NCBI GenBank assembly: GCA_963789955.1
Contig: CAWBMV010000019.1
Span: 1 to 64,000, forward strand
Direction of reading: 5' to 3'
Length of the DNA: 64,000 nucleotides
DNA from: an uncultured Candidatus Rokubacteria bacterium
GTDB taxonomy: Bacteria; Methylomirabilota; Methylomirabilia; Rokubacteriales; CSP1-6
This document shows positions 60,028 to 64,000 of the stretch, one piece after another (positions within the stretch are counted from its first letter, which is position 1; every line of letters starts with the position of its first letter). The notes below the pieces were generated by a model. It saw nothing but the letters and a program-made list of their open reading frames with translations. It was not told the DNA's origin and searched no databases. The position numbers were made by a program, and so were the translations under genes.

Positions 60028-60960
60028 TCAGAACACGGCGAGCGGATTCGCCGGCGAGCCGGTCCCGCCGACCACGCGCAGGGGCGACACGAGCAGCATG
60101 AACTCGTCACGCTGCTCCTCCACGCAGGCCTTCGCGAGCGGCTCGAGCAGCGCGTTGTCGACCAGCGCGACACCGTACGCGAAGATCGCCGCGTGGACCG
60201 CCCACGGGATGTCGTAGCCGATCGGCAGATGATCGAGCATGTCCCACACCAGCACGCTCACGTCGTGGTCGCGCAGGAACGGCAGGCACGACACGTGGAG
60301 TCCGGGACGCTGCTGCTGGGTCGGGTTGAACGGGCGACCGTAGGGCCGCTCCGGGTCCTGCGCTTGCCACGCTTCGCGGCCGGAGTAGACGCAGACCGCG
60401 TCACCGGGCTCGAGCGTGATGCCGCGCTTGGTGAGGATATCGTCGAGCTCCCAGCCGTGCACCGGCCGGTCGTGCGTGACACAGGGCACACCGCGATGCC
60501 GCGGCACGTCGAGCATGACGGCACGGGTCATGATGCCCTCGGCCCAGTGCTCGACCGCTCCGAAGCGCGCGCCCTCGAACGTGATCTCTTTCTTCGGGTC
60601 GCGCCCGTTCCACATCGCGTCGTCGTCCCACGTATGACAGAGGGCGTCGATGTGCGTGGACGCGATGCCGTGATAGTAGATGCCGTAGTAGTCGGCCGAG
60701 AAGCCACCCTTTCCGCGCGGATGCGTCCGCATGAAGTGATGGGCCGGCAGCGGATTGTTCGGCCCGGGGTCCTTCGGGAAGGGCCGGCTGAGCGAGAGGC
60801 TGCGCCCGGTGCGGACCAGGCGGGCGGCCGCCGCGCGCTTGGCCGGCGTGATGAGATTGATGGCGCCGAGCTGATCGTCCTTGCCCCAGCGGCCCCAGTT
60901 GCGGCGATCTCGGATCCAGCCGAGCACTTCCTGCTCCGTCGGTAGCTTGTGTTCGGGCAT
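60028..60960 (-). CDS. Cyclase family protein (kynurenine formamidase-like)
   Basis: NWGRWG.DDQLG, THIDALCH, GGTGSPANP. Confidence 0.88.
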   Translation of the reverse strand: MPEHKLPTEQEVLGWIRDRRNWGRWGKDDQLGAINLITPAKRAAAARLVRTGRSLSLSRPFPKDPGPNNPLPAHHFMRTHPRGKGGFSADYYGIYYHGIASTHIDALCHTWDDDAMWNGRDPKKEITFEGARFGAVEHWAEGIMTRAVMLDVPRHRGVPCVTHDRPVHGWELDDILTKRGITLEPGDAVCVYSGREAWQAQDPERPYGRPFNPTQQQRPGLHVSCLPFLRDHDVSVLVWDMLDHLPIGYDIPWAVHAAIFAYGVALVDNALLEPLAKACVEEQRDEFMLLVSPLRVVGGTGSPANPLAVF

Positions 60961-61009
60961 CGCAGCCTCCCTGGTGAATGTTTCCTGACGGCGCGCTATG
61001 GTATCAGGC

Positions 61010-61970
61010 GTGGCGGGGGAGCCCGGGGCGACGTTTTTCGCGCTGACCCCCGATCGCGTCCTGGACGCGGTCGAGGTCGGAGGTTTCCGCTGCACCGGCC
61101 GCTGCCTGCCGCTTCGCGCCTTCGAGAACCGCGTCTATGAAGTCGAGCTGGAGGACGAGCGGCGGCTGGTCGTGAAGTTCTATCGCCCCGGCCGCTGGTC
61201 GCGCGAGACGATCCTCGACGAGCACGCGTTCCTTTCGGACCTGACGGCCGCCGAGGTTCCGGCCGTCGCGCCGATCGACATCGGCACCGGGACCACCTTG
61301 AGCGAGATCGAGGGGATCTACTACGCCGTGTTCCCGAAAGTGCGCGGGCGCTCGCTCGACGAGCTCGACGCCGAGAATCGTCGCCGCATCGGTCGGACCA
61401 TCGGGCGCATGCACGCGGTGGGCGCCTCGCGCGACGCGCCGCACCGGCCGCGCGTCGACGTGAAGCGCTACATCTCCGAGCCGCTCGAGGTGCTCCTGGC
61501 CGGCAGCTTCATCCCGGAAGGGCTGGCGTCGCGCTACCGGGACGTGGCGGTTCGTATCGGTGAGGTCGCGGCCAAGGTGCTCGCGACGGCGCGCGTCCAG
61601 CGCATCCACGGCGATCTGCACTGGGGCAACATCCTCTGGACGCCCGACCCGCTGCTGGTCGACTTCGACGATTGTCTGGTCGGCCCGCCGGTGCAGGACA
61701 TCTGGCTTCTCGCGCGCGGCAACTCCGAAGAGGCGAGGAAGCTACGGGAGGATCTTGCTCGAGGGCTACGAGCTCTTCCGCGAGTTCGATCGCTCCAGCC
61801 TGGCGCTGTGCGAGCCGCTCCGCGCCATGCGGATCATCTACATGTCCGGCTGGATCGCCCGGCGCTGGTCGGATCCGTCGTTCCCGCCGGCCTTTCCGAT
61901 GTTCCGCAACCACAACTACTGGAATCAGGAATACGAGGAGCTGGTGCAGATCGCCGAGGCGCTCGGATAA
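61010..61970 (+). CDS. Serine/threonine kinase SrkA/RdoA family, frameshift near 61750
   Basis: ENRVY, KFYRPGRW, IHGDLHWGN, DFDD, W.DP.FP.AFP; start ATG 60998 or GTG 61010. Confidence 0.88.
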
Positions 61971-61998
61971 CCGAACGCCTCGGCGCCGCGAGAGGTTC

Positions 61999-62551
61999 TT
62001 ACTTGCCCTTGCCGTGACCCTTTCCGTGGCCGTCTTTGCCCGGGCCATCGTCGCGTCCGGGGCCGTCATTTCGTCCGGGCCCGTCGTTTCGTCCGGGACC
62101 GTTCGCCATGCGAACGTCCTGGTGACCCCAGCCGCGGTTGTCGTTGCCGTGCTCCTTCCACCCTCTCTTCTCCGCCCAGCTGTGCCCCCACTCGTGCTCC
62201 CAGTGAGGCGGCGCCTCGCGCTGCCACTGCTTCCAGTGCCCGGGCGGGACGTGGTAGTAGCGCACCGGAACGAGCAGGACCGGGCGCGGGACGAACTGCG
62301 GAGCCACCATGAATCCACGGACCGTTGTACGCGCGGCTCACGTGCCAGCCGCCGTTGGTGAAGACCCAGTACTGACCGCCGTAGAAGAAGAAATTGTCGG
62401 GCGCACTCGGCGCGTACCGCACCGTCGCGACGCCGGGGACGACCACCAGCGGTGGAGGGGCCGGAAGGTGGATTCCGATGTCCACGTGGACCTGCGCGTT
62501 GGCCGGGCCCGCGAAGACGAGCACCAAAAGCGCCAGCAGTGCATAGAGCAT
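61999..62551 (-). CDS. Exported Pro/Trp-rich protein with Gly/His/Lys-rich tail, frameshift near 62310
   Basis: Signal peptide; YWVF..GGW, VPPGHWK; tail (RNDGPG)n-KDGHGKGHGKGK. Confidence 0.65.
62037..62104 (-). repeat. 18-bp coding tandem repeat
   Basis: Encodes NGPG-RNDGPG-RNDGPG-RDDGPG-K. Confidence 0.7.
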
Positions 62552-62579
62552 TGGCAACCTCGCTTTTGTTCGGTGTCGG

Positions 62580-63947
62580 CTAGAGAGCGCTGAGCACCGC
62601 GCGCGCCAGGCGCGGCAGATCGGGATCGCGCGCGCCCATGATGAGCACGGTATCGCCGGGGTGAGCCTCGCTCACGACCCACTGGCGTACGGCCTCGTGA
62701 TCGCGGGCGTAGCCGCAGTTGAGCGCGGGCGGCAGGTCGTCGGCCAGCATGCGGCTCGAGATGTCCTTGGCGACGGTGCCGCCGGCATAGAAGATCTCGG
62801 CGTAGCAGAAGCGGTCTTGCGGTCGCAGCAAGGTCGGGATCATCTCCCGGAGCTCGCCGCGCAGGAATCGCGCTGGGCCGAAGCCGTGAGGCTGGAAGAC
62901 GGCGACGACCCGCGCCGACCCGGCCTGTGCCGTGGTCAGGGCCGCGCGAATCTTCTCGCCGTTGTGCGCGTAGTCGTCCACGACGTGGATGTCGCGCGCC
63001 GTGGTCCCGACCAGCTCGAAGCGGCGGGCGACACCCGGGAAGCGTGCGAGCAAGCCCCCGACGGTGTCGGCGTCGAGCCCGACCTCGAGCGCCACCAGCG
63101 CGGCCGCGGTGGCGTTCTCGAGGTTGTGGAGCCCGGGCTGCGGGATATCCAGGGTCAGATCACGGCCGCCGTGTCGGAGGACGCCACGGGCCCGCCGCGG
63201 CCCGACGCTGGTGACGCGCAGGCGCGCGTCGGCATCCTGCGAGACGCCGTAGGTCGCGGCCTTGAACCGACGGCCGAGCGCCGCCGCCTCGGGGCAATCC
63301 GCGCCGACGAGGAGCTGTCCGCAGTTCCGCGCGAACGCGGTGAACTGTGGCCGCAGCGCGCTGAGCTCGTCGTGGTCGCGACTCACGTTGTGGATGACGC
63401 CGATCGCCGGACGGTAGCCGACGAGCGTACCGTCGGATTCGCACGCCTCGGCGACCGCGGGCCCCGCGGCCGGGCCGGCCACGAAGCAGCCGCCGGTGCC
63501 CTCGCCCACGAAATCCGCGCCGCCCAGCACCGTCGCGCGAACGCCGCCTTCACGCAGAAGCCAGCCGAGCATGCCGACGACGGTGCTCTTGCCGCTGGTG
63601 CCCGAGATGGCCACACCCGGCGTGGCGGTGTTGACGACTTCCGCGAGGAGCTGCGGCCGCGGCAGACACTCGAGGCCGAGGGCGCGTGCCGCCCTCAGCT
63701 CCGGAGTGTCCGCCTCGACGGCCGCCGAATACACGACACGATTGATCGCGGCGGTGATCGCCTGGCCGTCCTGTGGCGCCAGCTCGATCCCGAGCTGGCG
63801 GAGCCGCGCCGCGATCTCCTGCTTCTTGCCTTGATCGAACGCGCGATCCGATCCCTGCACCACGTGCCCGCGGGCCCGCATCAGGCACGCGAGCGGGCCC
63901 ATGCCGGCGCCCGCGATGCCGGAAAAGTGATAGCGCTGAGGGGTCAC
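62580..63947 (-). CDS. Mur ligase (MurC/Mpl-like)
   Basis: GIAGAGM, GSD, SGTSGKST, EACESD, DDYAHN, FQPH. Confidence 0.88.
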   Translation of the reverse strand: MTPQRYHFSGIAGAGMGPLACLMRARGHVVQGSDRAFDQGKKQEIAARLRQLGIELAPQDGQAITAAINRVVYSAAVEADTPELRAARALGLECLPRPQLLAEVVNTATPGVAISGTSGKSTVVGMLGWLLREGGVRATVLGGADFVGEGTGGCFVAGPAAGPAVAEACESDGTLVGYRPAIGVIHNVSRDHDELSALRPQFTAFARNCGQLLVGADCPEAAALGRRFKAATYGVSQDADARLRVTSVGPRRARGVLRHGGRDLTLDIPQPGLHNLENATAAALVALEVGLDADTVGGLLARFPGVARRFELVGTTARDIHVVDDYAHNGEKIRAALTTAQAGSARVVAVFQPHGFGPARFLRGELREMIPTLLRPQDRFCYAEIFYAGGTVAKDISSRMLADDLPPALNCGYARDHEAVRQWVVSEAHPGDTVLIMGARDPDLPRLARAVLSAL

Positions 63948-64000
63948 AGACCGACCTGCTTACGCGGCTCCAGGTGCATCGTCGTCTCCATGTCGCGCGA
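63944..64000 (-). CDS. 3' end of a gene truncated by the window edge
   Basis: ...SRDMETTMHLEPRKQVGL-TGA overlapping the Mur ligase GTG start. Confidence 0.4.
   Translation of the reverse strand, partial: SRDMETTMHLEPRKQVGL

Noticed and set aside
1..64000. Prophage, IS element, integron, defence system or reverse transcriptase
   Set aside because: No integrase, transposase, RT, nuclease or phage structural motifs were recognised in any frame.

Overview
High-GC (roughly 70%) bacterial chromosomal segment with about 75 densely packed genes, mostly accessory metabolism and detoxification: 6 VOC proteins, 5 GNATs, 3 luciferase-like oxidoreductases, an acyl-CoA dehydrogenase pair, CoA transferase, SDRs, a dipeptide-type ABC transporter, plus glnS, msrA, Fpg/Nei, UdgX and a Mur ligase. 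Gene content suggests a soil lineage such as Candidatus Rokubacteria (inference only). No rRNA, tRNA, CRISPR array, integrase or transposase was recognised. From about 22.3 kb onward many genes carry single-base frameshifts that look like long-read assembly errors and create false fusions in the ORF track. The main hidden signals are: (1) two probable selenoproteins split at an in-frame TGA, a DsrE-like UxxC protein (10813-11172) and a UGSC-family protein (53705-54235) with a clean SECIS-like hairpin; (2) the UGSC gene sits in a compact operon with its partner protein and a single-chain triple-RidA protein, a candidate uncharacterised selenium-dependent system; (3) a roughly 50-nt hairpin element in three copies with compensatory base changes; (4) a roughly 240-nt highly structured intergenic RNA candidate at 45670-45909; (5) many apparently leaderless genes with TANNNT boxes 5-8 nt before the start codon, including overlapping divergent -10 boxes.
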